Assembly (NCBI GenBank): GCA_002269645.1
Contig: NIVC01000558.1
Location: forward strand, 472,261 to 536,260
DNA length: 64,000 nt
Source: Macrostomum lignano
Lineage: Eukaryota
Reading direction: 5' to 3'
The notes under the pieces are model-generated. The model made no database searches and was not told the DNA's origin. It saw only the letters and a list, made by a program, of their open reading frames with translations. Below, piece after piece: positions 50,601-63,745 of the stretch. Both the position numbers and the translations under genes were made by a program. The stretch's first letter is position 1, and every line of letters begins with the position of its first letter.

Positions 50601-52975
50601 AAAGAAGGGAGAGAAGGGAAAGAAGGGAGAGAAGGGAGAGAAGGGAGAGAAGGGAGAGAAGGGAGAGAAGAGGAGAGAAGGAGAGGAAAGAAGGGAGAGA
50701 AGGGAGAGAAGGGAGAGAAGGGAGAGAAGAGGAGAGAAGGAGAGGAAAGAAGGGAGAGAAGGGAGAGAAGGGAGAGGAGGGGAAAGAAGGGAGAGAAGCG
50801 GAGAGAAGGGAGAGAAGGGAGACAAGGGAGAGAAGGGAGAGAAGAGGAGAGAAGGAGAGGAAAGAAGGGAGAGAAGGGAGAGAAGGGAGAGGAGGGGAAA
50901 GAAGGGAGAGAAGCGGAGAGAAGGGAGAGATGGAGAGAAGGGAGAGAAGGGAGAGAAGGGAGAGAAGAGGAGAGAAGGAGAGGAAAGAAGGGAGAGAAGG
51001 GAGAGAAGGGAGAGGAGGGGAAAGAAGGGAGAGAGCGGAGAGAGAGAGAGGAGAGAAGGGAGAGAAGGAGAGAAGGGAGAGAAGGGAGAGGAGAGGGAAA
51101 GAAGGGAGAGAAGGGAGAGAAGGGAGAGAAGAGGGAGAGAAGAAGGAGAGAAGGAGAGAAGGGAAGGAGAGAGAGGAGAGAAGAGGAGAGAAGAGAAGAG
51201 AAGAGGAGAGAAGGGAGAGAAGAGGAGAGAAGGGAGAGAAGGGAGAGAAGGGAGAGAAGGGAGAGAAGAGGAGAGAAGGAGAGAAGAGAAGGGAGAGAAG
51301 AGGAGAGAAGGGAGAGAAGGGAGAGAAGAGAAGAGAAGAGAGAGAAGGGAGAGAAGGAGAGAAGGGAGAGAAGGGAGAGAAGGGAGAGAAGAGAGAGAAG
51401 GAGAGGAAAAAAGGGAGAGAAGGGAGAGAAGGGAGAGGAGGGGAAAGAAGGGAGAGAAGCGGAGAGAAGGGAGAGAAGGGAGACAAGGGAGAGAAGGGAG
51501 AGAAGGGAGAGAAGAGGAGAGAAGGAGAGGAAAGAAGGGAGAGAAGGGAGAGAAGAGGAGAGAAGGAGAGGAAAGAAGGGAGAGAAGGGAGAGAAGGGAG
51601 AGGAGGGGAAAGAAGGGAGAGAAGCGGAGAGAAGGGAGAGAAGGGAGAGAAGAGGAGAGAAGGAGAGGAAAGAAGGGAGAGAAGGGAAAGAAGGGAGAGA
51701 AGGGAGACAAGGGAGAGAAGGGAGAGAAGGGAGAGAAGGGAGAGAAGGGAGAGAAGAGGAGAGAAGGGAGAGAAGGGAGAGAAGGGAGAGAAGCGGAGAG
51801 AAGGGAGAGAAGGAAGAGAAGGGAGAGAAGGGAGAGAAGAGGAGAGAAGGAGAGGAAAGAAGGGAGAGAAGGGAGAGAAGAGGAGAGAAGGAGAGGAAAG
51901 AAGGGAGAGAAGGGAGAGAAGAGGAGAGAAGGAGAGGAAAGAAGGGAGAGAAGGGAGAGAAGGGAGAGGAGGGGAAAGAAGGGAGAGAAGGGAGAGAAGG
52001 GAGAGGAGGGAGAGAAGAGGAGAGAAGAGGAGAGAAGGGAGAGAAGGGAGAGAAGGGAGAGAAGCGGAGAGAAGGGAGAGAAGGGAGAGAAGGGAGAGAA
52101 GGGAGAGAAGAGGAGAGAAGGAGAGGAAAGAAGGGAGAGAAGGGAGAGAAGAGGAGAGAAGGAGAGGAAAGAAGGGAGAGAAGGGAGAGAAGAGGAGAGA
52201 AGGAGAGGAAAGAAGGGAGAGAAGGGAGAGAAGGGAGAGGAGGGGAAAGAAGGGAGAGAAGGGAGAGAAGGGAGAGGAGGGAGAGAAGGGAGAGAAGAGG
52301 AGAGAAGAGGAGAGAAGGGAGAGAAGGGAGAGAAGGGAGAGAAGAGGAGAGAAGGAGAGGAAAGAAGGGAGAGAAGGGAGAGAAGAGGAGAGAAGGAGAG
52401 GAAAGAAGGGAGAGAAGGGAGAGAAGAGGAGAGAAGGAGAGGAAAGAAGGGAGAGAAGGGAGAGAAGAGGAGAGGAGGGGAAAGAAGGGAGAGAAGGGAG
52501 AGAAGGGAGAGGAGGGAGAGAAGAGGAGAGAAGAGGAGAGAAGGGAGAGAAGGGAGAGAAGGGAGAGAAGCGGAGAGAAGGGAGAGAAGGGAGAGAAGGG
52601 AGAGAAGGGAGAGAAGAGGAGAGAAGGAGAGGAAAGAAGGGAGAGAAGGGAGAGAAGAGGAGAGAAGGAGAGGAAAGAAGGGAGAGAAGGGAGAGAAGAG
52701 GAGAGAAGGAGAGGAAAGAAGGGAGAGAAGGGAGAGAAGGGAGAGGAGGGGAAAGAAGGGAGAGAAGGGAGAGAAGGGAGAGGAGGGAGAGAAGGGAGAG
52801 AAGAGGAGAGAAGAGGAGAGAAGGGAGAGAAGGGAGAGAAGGGAGAGGAGGGAGAGGAGGGAGAGAAGGGAGAGAAGGGAGAGGAGGGGAAAGAAGGGAG
52901 AGAAGGGAGAGAAGGGAGAGGAGGGGAAAGAAGGGAAAGAAGGGAGAGAAGGGAGAGAAGGGAGAGAAGGAGTCA
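47690..52975 (+). repeat. 5.3-kb polypurine/polypyrimidine tract (GAAGGGAGAGA-type units)
   Basis: The + strand is almost exclusively G and A; higher-order blocks marked by rare AAGCGGAG, GAGACAAG and GAGATGG variants. Confidence 0.97.
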
Positions 52976-53269
52976 AAGTGTTGTATTTGTCCAGCTGGCC
53001 CACTTAAGCGAGAAAAGTCAGAGATTTCCCAGGAAATTTGGTAAAATTTTACACAGCAACATTTTTTGTCAATGTCGCTCACTGCAAGGAGCAAATTTAC
53101 CTGACACTGCATGCTTACTGGCAGATTCCGGTTTTACTTCGGAAAACGCTGGAATAACAAATTTAATAATCTGCTAATAGCCCTTATATTGTATCTTAAT
53201 CTTCTGTCCAAGTGTGTGTCTTTGTGTCAGTCTGTTTTTGCACCTGTCTGCCAGCGCCAAAACGAGTAC

Positions 53270-54560
53270 ATTTGGCGCAAAAATGAGTGCCTGCGGCGCC
53301 AAATTGAGTGCCTGCGGCGCCAAAATGAGTGTCTGCGGCGCCAAAATGAGTGCCTGCGGCGCCAAATTGAGTGCCTGCGGCGCCAAAATGAGTGCCTGCG
53401 GCGCCAAAATGAGTGTCTGCGGCGCCAAAATGAGTGTCTGCGGCGCCAAAATGAGTGCCTGCGGCGCCAAATTGAGTGCCTGCGGCGCCAAAATGAGTGC
53501 CTGCGGCGCTAAAATGAGTGCCTGCGGCGCTAAAATGAGTGCCTACGGCGCCAAAACGAGTGCCTACGGCGCCAAAATGAGTGCCTGCGGCGCCAAAATG
53601 AGTGCCTGCGGCGCCAAAATGAGTGTCTGCGGCGCTAAATTGAGTGCCTACGGCGCCAAAACGAGTGCCTACGGCGCCAAAATGAGTGCCTGCGGCGCCA
53701 AAACGAGTGCCTACGGCGCCAAAATGAGTGCCTGCGGCGCCAAAATGAGTGCCTGCGGCTATAAAATGAGTGTCTGCGGCTATAAAATGAGTGCCTGCGG
53801 CTATAAAATGAGTGCCTGCGGCTATAAAATGAGTGTCTGCGGCGCCAAAATGAGTGCCTGCGGCTATAAAATGAGTGCCTGCGGCTATAAAATGAGTGCC
53901 TGCGGCGCCACAATGAGTGCCTGCGGCGCTAAATTGAGTGCCTATGGCGCTAAAATGAGTGCCTGCGGCGCCAAAATGAGTGCCTGCGGCGCTAAATTGA
54001 GTGCCTATGGCGCTAAAATGAGTGCCTGCGGCGCCAAAATGAGTGCCTGCGGCGCCAAAATGAGTGCCTGCGGCGCCAAAATGAGTGCCTGCGGCTATAA
54101 AATGAGTGCCTGCGGCTATAAAATGAGTGCCTGCGGCGCCAAAATGAGTGCCTGCGGCGCTAAAATGAGTGCCTGCGGCGTTAAAATGAGTGCCTGCGGC
54201 GCCAAAATGAGTGCCTGCGGCGCAAAAATGAGTGCCTGCGGCGCTAAAATGAGTGCCTGCGGTGCCAAAATGAGTGCCTGCGGCGCCAAAATGAGTGCCT
54301 GCGGCGCCAAAATGAGTGCCTGCGGTGCCAAAATGAGTGCCTGCGGCGTTAAATGAGTGCCTGTGGCGCCAAAATGAGTGCCTGCGGCGCCAAAATGAGT
54401 GCCTGCAGCGCCAAAATGAGTGCCTGCGGCGCCAAAATGAGTGCCTGCGGCGCCAAAATGAGTGCTGACAACACCGATTCTCAAACTAATGCAGGAATTT
54501 AGTCGATTCTTGGCTTCGAGTCCCCTCCCCTACCATGAAATCCATTGCGATAAAACCCTG
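53270..54560 (-). mobile_element. MITE family X remnant with ~57 internal 21-bp units
   Basis: (GCCAAAATGAGTGCCTGCGGC)n at ~53270-54465 followed by the family 5' end TTCTTGGCTTCG...CCATGAAATCCATTGCGATAAAACCCTG. Confidence 0.65.
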
Positions 54561-54883
54561 CATAATGCGAACAGTAAACAAAATAATAGTGACTGTGTTT
54601 TTGTTAACAGATGTTGTCTTCTGCTGCTATCAGTTCAATGCTAAAAATGAGTCTCTTTGTTATTTTCGTCATAATTGCAATCTAGAAAGCTGTGGAAATG
54701 CCGATCTGCTCAATTTTTTTTCCAAAGCCCAGCTGAATCGCTGGCTGCCAGTCAATTCTAGCCCACAATTTATGCACCTGTTCGTTCCATTAAGGTTCAT
54801 ATAAAGACGCATTCAAGTCTACTCTGATAAACTGCTAGGTGCATACCGGATGTAACCTATAGTTTTTATCATTTCTCCATGAA

Positions 54884-57043
54884 ATGGTGCGCCAAAATTT
54901 GGTTGCCCAAATCAAAGTGGCCTTTTTAGCCCTGATTGTCAGCATATCGACCATTTGCATCGTTTCTACGGTCAGAAAGAACCATAATTATCACCAGAGA
55001 GCATGCTTAGCAAATAATCAAACAACAACTCAGTCAAGGATGACGACTGCAATGAGAAATGTCAGCACCACTACTGTTCCTACCGTGAAACCTCTAAGAC
55101 CAGTCAGACCTCCCAGCTGCGACTACCACCAGGAGCTATCGACGCTGAACTTCCTCAAAGACGACTCTCTGCGCTGGAATTTGTGTCACAAAAAGTTGAT
55201 GCAGCTGAAACTTTCCAGCCTACAATATCCGTCGGGGGCGATTCCCGTTGTGCCGACTGGTTGTCAGTTTGCCGACAGCGGTGATAAAGGTTCGATTTCT
55301 CGAATTGATTATTTTACACAATAGGACACAAAACGCAAAATTTCACGATTTTCAACCCTAAAACAGTGTCAGAGAAAGTTCTAATCACACTATTTTGTGC
55401 CTCACAGGCTGCTCTAACGACGCATTAACCGATTCTTCGTGTTAAATTGGACTTGTCATTGGTTTAAACGTTTTTTCAAGTGACAGACCAATTTAACACG
55501 AAGAATTGATTAATGCGTCGTTAGAGCAGCATGTGAGGCACAAATTAGTGTGATTAAAACTTTCTCTGACACTGTTAAGAAACCCAATCACTATTTTAGT
55601 GCTGAGAATCGTGAAATCTCCTATCTCCGTAGTGTATTTTTTGGTGAAACCTGCCCTCAAAACTATTTCTGAACGAAAAACTTTATAAATATCGATAGAG
55701 CAATAAGAAAGGCACAAACATATCAAAAGATGAACACTGGATCTGCCTCCTATCAAAAGCAATAACAATTTTTGTGCTGAAAAAATTAAAACCTCCTATC
55801 TCTGTAGTGTATTTTCGGCGGAAAGTTGCCTTCAAAACATTTACGATAGATTTCGAGTGTAACGTCCTATATATGTTACTTGAGTAGTCCTTGGTCATAA
55901 AGCATCGCGTACGGAAAGCCTTTAAAGAGGATATCCGAATTAAAACAAATCCTCCACAGCCAGCAACGACGGCAATTCTGTCCTGAGCACAACCACTCGA
56001 TCACTGGCCAATTTCTGCGCACAAAGCTCCAAAATTAATGTCAACGCTCATGGAATCACTCGCGGCACTTTTACCACCGATCTGCTCTGCACTTGAGAAT
56101 ATCCAGATGCATCAGTTAGAGACATGAATTTTCACTAAGCAGCACTAGAAGTGATAGGTTTAGTACCTTGTAACTACATGCAAGCATTAAAACTCGCTTA
56201 ACATTGCAGGAAGTATCCAAACTAGCAGTTCAATTGAAGCTTCATAGCAGAGCTACGAATCGTTTGATACCAATTTACGGCTACAAAAACGACTTTATCT
56301 CCCAATCGATTGCCAGACGACACACCTGGGAGCCGGTCCTTGTCCATCAGTTGATCCACATCAGCCTCAATTTGAAAGGAAACGGCCGCACCGTCTCCTT
56401 CCTGGACGTGGGCAGCAACATTGGAGTGTACAGCCTGTCTGCACGAGACGCCGGTCTGACAACGGTGGCAGTGGACGCAAATTTGCGCAACCTCGCTCGG
56501 ATTCGTCTGGCAGCTTCGGCCATGCGGTTGCCCTCGTCCGATCCTCACCTGGCCCTCGTGTGGGCCTACTTCTCCGACCGGGTCGGGCTACGCTACCTGC
56601 AATTCTCTACAAAGTTCTGCAACGTCGGAGGAGCCAGCGCCGAAAATAAGTTCGATGCGGAAGGCGGCTTCTGGGCCACCGACACCGTGCCCGTGATGAC
56701 AGCCACCGGAGACGACCTCCTGCCGCTGATTTCAACAGACCTGGTAGTGGCAAAGATTGACATTGAGACCAGCGAGAACATCTTCCTGAGTACGGGCCAG
56801 CGACTCTTCAGTGAGCATCGCATTGTGGTAGTGCAGATGGAGTGGTGGCGGGCGAGTCATTCAATTCCGGCGTCTGAGAGTCCGAACTACCGCACGATAG
56901 TCGAGTTCTTTGCAAGGAGAAACTACACCCTGCTGTCGGCGACCACACGGCAACGGCTGAATCTGAGCAAATTTTACGACTGGGATACTTTGTGGGTTCG
57001 AGGAGACTACCTGAGCATTGTGGAAGCCATGCTGCGAAGATGA
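54884..57043 (+). CDS. FkbM-family (Methyltransf_21) SAM methyltransferase with probable N-terminal membrane anchor (exon ~54884-55290 plus catalytic exon 56210-57043)
   Basis: FLDVGSNIGVYSL SAM-binding motif, VAVDAN, VVAKIDIETSE, VVQMEW; the upstream ORF has a TM helix and Thr-rich stem. Exon linkage is inferred and splice phases are unresolved. Confidence 0.7.
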
Positions 57044-57574
57044 CGACTAGTAGGTTGACGGATGTACTGGATACTCCTTGTAAACTGGAGAGCCAATATT
57101 TCGATTTAAGTGGTACTAGGAGGTTAAAGGTTTGTTAAAGTTGGCTATAAACTTTGAAGTGCATTTTCTTGCTTTTAGTTCTAAATCTAAAGAAAACTTG
57201 CAAAGCTGGTTTTGATGTTGAAGAGAAATTTTGCTGATGCCATCAGTTTTTCGATGTCTGAATTTGTTTATTTGCTAGGCAAACTCAAGATTCTTTTTCA
57301 TTTAAAACTGTGGTTGTATTTTTTGATTAAAGAGAAAAACACGCGCTGTTTCGCTGCTAAAACTCGACCGGAAAGGTGAAAGGCGCTGCGCATGCACACA
57401 CAGGTGTGCGCGTGACTTCTGCCAGCCAGTCATGAAGTAAACAAGCCAGTTCCAATTTAGCTTCACACCCTCATAGGCTTTCTGCCCCAGTAAGCCCTAT
57501 AAAAATACATTGAATCAAGCAGGTTGCGGTATAAGAGAAAGTCAAACGGCTCCGCAGGCGCGCCTGAAGTCCAG

Positions 57575-60075
57575 ATGGGCAACTCGGCGTTTGTGCAACG
57601 AATTCGCGAGCGTGAAGAGCTGCGGAGGGAGAGCAGACGCGAGGAGCTGCTGGCATTTGCCGAAAGCTGCCAGCATTTGCAGGCTGAGACAGTCGACAAT
57701 GCCAAGGCACTACTTGGTCGGCAGTTGCTGAAGTCTGCAGAAGGCAGTGTTGCAGAGTTTGCCAATATCACTCGGTAAGAAAGAAGTACTTAGAGTTATT
57801 TGTAGTGACGTGTTTGACTATTGCGCAGTCTTTTCGAGCAGTTCATGCACCTGGGAACAGATCGCTGAAGCACAGTATATGCGCGTGACTGACGAAAATA
57901 AAATCAAGTCTTGAAGGCTGCTGTACTACGCTACTGTGCCTGAAATTTGCAGGTACATTGTACTTGCATTGTACAAGCATTAGGCAGGATTTTTTTGGGG
58001 GAGGGAAGTGCAGGTGTTGGCAATAGTGAGGGGTTTTGCACCAAGGAGTTTTGCACCAAGGAGTTTTGCACCAAGGGGTTCTAGCAAAAAGGGGCGCCAG
58101 CACCAAGGGGCGCCAGCACCAAGGGCGCCAGCACCAAGGGGCGCCAGCACCAAGGGGCGCCAGCACCAAGGGGCGCCAGCACCAAGGGGCGCCAGCACCA
58201 AGGGCACCAGCACCTAGGGGCGCCAGCACCAAGGGGCGCCAGCACCAAGGGGCGCCAGCACCAAGGGGCGCCAGCACCAAGGGGCGCCAGCACCAAGGGG
58301 CGCCAGCACCAAGGGGCGCCAGCACCAAGGGGCGCCAGCACCAAGGGGCGCCAGCACCAAGGGGCGCCAGCACCAAGGGGCGCCAGCACCAAGGGGCGCC
58401 AGCACCTAGGGGCGCCAGCACCAAGGGGCGCCAGCACCAAGGGGCGCCAGCACCAAGGGGCACCAGCACCTAGGGGCGCCAGCACCAAGGGGCGCCAGCA
58501 CCAAGGGGCGCCAGCACCAAAAGGCGCCAGCACCAAGGGGCGCCAGCACCAAGGGGCGCCAGCACCAAGGGGCGCTAGCACCAAGGGGCGCCAGCACCAA
58601 GGGGCGCCAGCACCAAGGGGCGCCAGCACCAAGGGGCGCCAGCACCAAGAGGCGCCAGCACCAAGGGGACATTGCATTGGGACACCCTTTGTAACGTACT
58701 TCATTAAAAAAGCAACGAAAACCGTTAAAAAACACTATTGCGAATCTTGAAGTCATGCAAGTAAAACAAACAAAACTGCTCATCGAAATCCACTGAACAG
58801 AGATCCAAAATCGAACTCGCTCGATGGCAGCGAAGCCGATGACAATGAACTCGGGGACTTCACCGACTTTGCTGGCGCTCCCAATCGGCTGGACCCGCTG
58901 GTAGAGAAGCGAATCGAACGGCTGAGACAAGAGAGCCACCGAGATGAGGTGGAGAATCTGGGCGCAGCTACGGGTGTGGGCTACTACGATCACGGAGACC
59001 TTGGCAGGGAGGATCCGACTAGGAATCGCGGTGAGCAGTCCAACCGAGAATATGGTAGTGATTTGCCTATTGGTGAAAGACTAATACCGATGGGACAGGC
59101 TATCGATGGGACAGGCTATCGATGGGACAGGCTATCCATTAGATGAGCTACCGATGGGACAGGCTATCGATGGGACAGGCTATCGATGGGACAGGCTATC
59201 GATGGGACAGGCTATCCATTAGATGAGCTACCGATGGACAGGCTATCGATGGGACAGGCTATCGATGGGACAGGCTATCGATGGGACAGGCTATCGATGG
59301 GACAGACTATCGATGGGACAGGCTATCGATGGGACAGGCTATCCATTAGATGAGTTATCGATGGGACCGGCTATCCGTTAGATGAGTTACCGATGGGACA
59401 GGCTATCCATTAGATGAGCTACCGATGGGACAGGCTATCCATTAGATGAGCTACCGATGGGACAGGCTATCAATTAGATGATCTACCGATGGGACAAGCT
59501 ATCGTACATAAGGGACATGCCATACATGGAGAAACTTTTCATTTATAAAATTATGCAAAAGATCACAATAATGAAAAATAGATGATTTCGCTTTGTCACC
59601 AATGTAAAATGTAGTAAACAGACTCCAAAACATGCACCCACTTAATTGATAACTTCCTCCCCTCAGAGATTCTCTACAACCAGTCTGTTGACTACGAAGT
59701 TCAAGCGTCCAGTGGTGACGCTACCGCGACAGCGGCGGCTGCCTCCCTGCAGCAGCAGCAGCAGCTGGCCAGAGCGGACGACGACGACCACTTCTACTCC
59801 GCGGAGATCTGCAGAGGTCAAGGAGCAACTCGCCAACACTGATGGGCGGCGCCTCTGAGTCAGCTTTCGAAGGTGCTGGAGCGTTCGACGCTGCGCCGAT
59901 GTCGACTTCAACTCCGACCTCATCGTCTGCATCGCTGTACTCGGCGTACTCGGAAGATGACGGCAGCAGCTGCTGCAGCGACGACCAGGTGCTCGACTAC
60001 CTGGAGGAAGATGATGAGGAGGACGAAGGGCGAGACTGTGAAGAACATGCTGGTGAAGACTTTCAGGATCAATAG
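57575..60075 (+). CDS. Hypothetical acidic protein, 3 exons (~57575-57774, ~58801-59029, ~59668-60075), one -1 frameshift near 59840
   Basis: Phase-consistent GTAAGA/GTGAGC donors and CAG acceptors; both introns are filled by minisatellites; Asp/Glu-rich tail. Confidence 0.5.
58090..58668 (+). repeat. 16-bp minisatellite (GCACCAAGGGGCGCCA)n
   Basis: About 35 units. Confidence 0.96.
59085..59500 (+). repeat. 16/32-bp compound minisatellite (ATCGATGGGACAGGCT / ATCCATTAGATGAGCT)
   Basis: Two alternating 16-mers. Confidence 0.92.
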
Positions 60076-60931
60076 TTTTCAATTTGGAAACACGTTGATC
60101 TCATCAAAACAAATTGAAACTAAAAAGGCTCAACTATAAAGTCAGTTCTCGTGCTCAATTTTTACAATAACTTTACTAAGAAGAATTGAATTTGACAACA
60201 AAATTCGAAAAAAAGCAAGGACGACGAAGGTAGAATAAAAAATTAACATAGAATCCTAATTTTCTGAACGAAAAGCTTTATGAATATCGATAGAGCAATA
60301 AGAAAGGCACAACATATCAAAAAGATGAACACTGGATCCGCCTCCTATCAAAAGCAATAACAGTATTTTTGCTGAAAAAAGAAAACTCCTATCTCTGTAG
60401 TGTATTTCTTTGGAGAAAACCTGCCTTCAAAAACTTTCCAAGAAACGAGATTTCCTGTCCTTGCAAAAAAGCTGATGGAGAGAAAAATTTGTCAAATTTG
60501 AGTTTACAAGTTGCATGTACAAAGACCGACTTTTGTCGAATAGTTAGTGTAGTACGTACACTGGCCTAATTATTAATATATTAGGGTTTTTATAACTTTA
60601 TTTGATGTAACAAAAAGACAGATAATTGTACAGTGTTTTAAGTGGAACTGCTCAATAGGACATTGATCGATGCAATACTAAACAGTTGAAATATATATCT
60701 GATATGGATACGCTCGTATGCTGTAAAAATAAGTAGTGTTGTTTCCGTAAAGTCTGCAACTATAATTATGTTTTTTATCTCGGATTAAACATGAGCGCCT
60801 CTCGTATTTTGGCAACATGATATTTCAATAAAATATGAAAACTCATTTCAAAAGTTATTTTAAATACGACACCCGTGAATCTCTCCATTTCAACTTCATA
60901 TCAATATTAAAGCGGGTACTTCTCTCTCTCA

Positions 60932-61132
60932 GGGGTTTAGCCTAAGCGGTTGTACCGTTGGATACATAACTGAAGGTCGGGGCTTCGATTCTCGACCCAA
61001 CTCGGAACAATTTGTGTCCTTCCTTGAGCAAGACACACTTAACTCTCTGGGGGTATAAATTGAGGGTGTGTGTGGCGACCCCCCAGTCCTTGGACTGAAC
61101 AGCCGTACGCAGCCTTCAGATGCGCTGCGCAA
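60932..61132 (+). mobile_element. tRNA-derived CORE-type SINE (diverged)
   Basis: Shares its head and the TTGGACTGAACAGCCGTACGCAGCCTTCAGATGCG tail with the 23863 copy. Confidence 0.7.
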
Positions 61133-61548
61133 GATGAGCTTTCGAATTGAAAGTTCAAGAGAGCGTTATTTGAGTACTCGCCGTCCAGCTTTGGTAGTTT
61201 GAGTGACAATTTGAAAACTCATGGTCATTCTTAAATCAAGGACTCCTAGACTAGAAGTCCAGTCCATAACTACTCATGATCCTTGCTTAACTATGAATGT
61301 ACGTACTTTCTAATAAAAAGAAAAGGTTCCGGGTCTATAAGATTTATGATCATTTTAGGACTTCATGTGTATGACGTCATTTATGATTTACATTATAATA
61401 TTATAATACATTCTCTGCTTCATTAGTTCATTCTGTTAAGAAATAATCCGGCTTAAGTGCAGCTGAAACCGTTACTATTAGCAACTGGGATGCTAACAAA
61501 TCAACAGTTGTTAAACTCCAATAAAGTTAGAACCAAAAACAATGCCTT

Positions 61549-62810
61549 TCACGACTTGAGCAAAATTAAATCGATCTTCTGCTCAGAGAAGTACTCCTGT
61601 CCCGGAACTCCAACCCAGCTCGAGCCGCTCTTCCGCATGTCGTGAACGGCGTACACAGTTGGTGACGAGTCAGTGACAGGGTTGTAATTGGTGATGTTTG
61701 AGCACAGCTGCGTCAGGTTCTTCACCGTTCTGAGAAGCTGCATGCTGGGGTCTTTGGTGTCGTTCAGTTCCTGCAGCAATCACCCATCATATACAGTCGG
61801 AAGTTCGAAAAGTCTTCGAAACGCCGCTCAAGAGTTGTTCTCGTACGGATAGAAGCTGAACGATGGCGGCACGTACACGCTTCCATCGAGTCGTTTGTCA
61901 GCGGATGCTTGACATTGTACTGCTCCAAGATTCTCGTCAGTCCAACTGGTCCACCAAAGTCGAGAACGTCCGAATTCGGCTGAATGAGAGACAGCTGGTC
62001 GAGCACGAACCTGTAGAACTTGTGCCCTGGTGCCGACATGAGGAAGGCGGGATTGGCCAAGGGTTTTATGGCCAGTGAGGCCCGAACAACTGCAGCGAGT
62101 GAGGCTCCGGCTCGCGAGTGACCACTGCGTAGAAGCGACGAAACTCGTCCAGGTTTCGCGTCAGGCTGTAGTTCAGGTCCGCGTAGGTGCCGCCGAGCTG
62201 CGGATTGGAAAGGTTGTTTGCTCTGACATTGAAGCTTTTTTAATTCTTTGCAATAATCTTTCGTTAAGATCGCGATTAGCAAGATTTTTTTAGCGTTTTT
62301 TAATTAAAACAATGGTCAAACCCTGAAAAGCAGCATGTAGCGAATCATGTCAATTTTCATGATTTTCTTCTTCAGTGACCTGAACTTGTCCAGCAGTTCG
62401 GAGAAGTTCGCCGCCACGAATGGCTTCAGGTCCTGGTCGCGCCACAGCACGTAGGTCCAGTCGGAATGAATTCTTTGCCAGGATTTCAGGTGCTCTGCAA
62501 AGTATTTCGAGACGGAGTCACTGCGCCAGAGGATGTGCCGAATTTTCGGTATCGGGAAGCCATCGCGGGAAGCCATGCGCTTATTGCACCGACGGCAACT
62601 CTCGTTGGCGCAAACGGTTGACGACGTTCGTAAATCCCTTGCTTTGATGGAACTCCAGTCGATCAGGAAGGTGAAGGTAGACGAAGTCGAAGGCAGTAAG
62701 AGTACAAAACTGGCATAGCCAATTAAAAGAAAGAATGCCATTACAATCGCTGCTTTCCATTTTTTGAACGGTGCTTTCGGTGTTGGCAGTGCGGAAATGT
62801 TCATAATCAC
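61549..62810 (-). CDS. GT32-family glycosyltransferase (type II membrane), exon 62810-62322 plus disrupted downstream exon(s) from 62197
   Basis: TM anchor; IPKIRHILW...SWQRIHSDWTYVLWRD...DMIRYMLLFR|LGGTYADL; APGHKF, GGPVGLT and YAVH motifs occur in shifted frames. Confidence 0.75.
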
Positions 62811-63165
62811 AGTGAAGCAGAACGGCGAATGGGTCTGATAGTGAAAGTTTGATTCGTCTTGTTTTAAAAATGGAGTTACATTATCATCAAATTTACTGAT
62901 TTCTGTGAATTGACTATCTTATACCTTTGAACTGTACCGCCTTGTGCGTTTGGCTGCTAAATTTTAGCTTACCATTCTAGACCCTCCCCCTTCACTGAGC
63001 TGATCGTTTACTATAATACGTACAGTACTTCTTCGCAAGGTACATCGTTTGTCTACTCAGTTCAATAATACAATATAGAGGGACAACGCGTGAGTTTAGA
63101 AACGCTGTATACGACTTGCGGCTCAAGCCAATTCAATCGCTTCGTCTTAATTTCAATTCATCACA

Positions 63166-63360
63166 ATGATGATGCGGACTTTTGGCCAAATTCCAGAACT
63201 TTCTGCTGAATCAGACCTTGAAATCTACACTGAGCGCATGAACCAATATTTCATATACTCAGCAACATTCAAAAGTTCCACCCACCAAGCGAGATGAAAT
63301 TTTCTCACTTATTGCGACAAATTCTCACTCGCAATTCAACCCTCAAGTTACGTAACTAAG
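63166..63360 (+). mobile_element. Ty3/gypsy gag N-terminal fragment
   Basis: TFGQIPELSAESDLEIYTERMNQYF resembles the invertebrate gypsy Gag start (G..F....W..Y.ER..QYF); degenerates soon after. Confidence 0.4.
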
Positions 63361-63444
63361 CCGCCGCGAGGAAGGGAAAGCTGATTGAAATCAATAATAA
63401 ACGTTTTTTTTATGCAAAATTCAGTTAGAATCGCGATGATTAAT

Positions 63445-63745
63445 ACGCTCGTAACGAGTCTGGGACTCCCTCACACGCAGAAGTGTTGCGACTCTGCGGG
63501 CATCCCAGGATAAGGCGGCGCAGAAAGTCCTTGGGAAGCTGTTGCCAAGCATTTCCAATGGCATGACGCAGCTCCGAAACATTGTGTGGTGGATTCCTTT
63601 CCGAATGCTGTGTTTTAGGAGGTCCCAGACATGCTCGATGGGACTCATGTCTGGAGAGCGGGAAGGCCAGCGCGAGTGCGCAGCTGTAGCTGTTCTTTCG
63701 GTTGACTAACATCACCGGCTTGGTGTGACGGCGCGTTGTACGAGT
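63445..63745 (-). mobile_element. Degenerate Tc1/mariner transposase C-terminal fragment
   Basis: NAPSH...WPSRSPDMSPIEHVWD...ELRHAIGNAWQQLP motif spread over several frames. Confidence 0.8.

Noticed and set aside
47451-53177. 1,600-1,850-aa ORFs on both strands
   Set aside because: Artefacts of a stop-free polypurine repeat; low-complexity translations in all frames.
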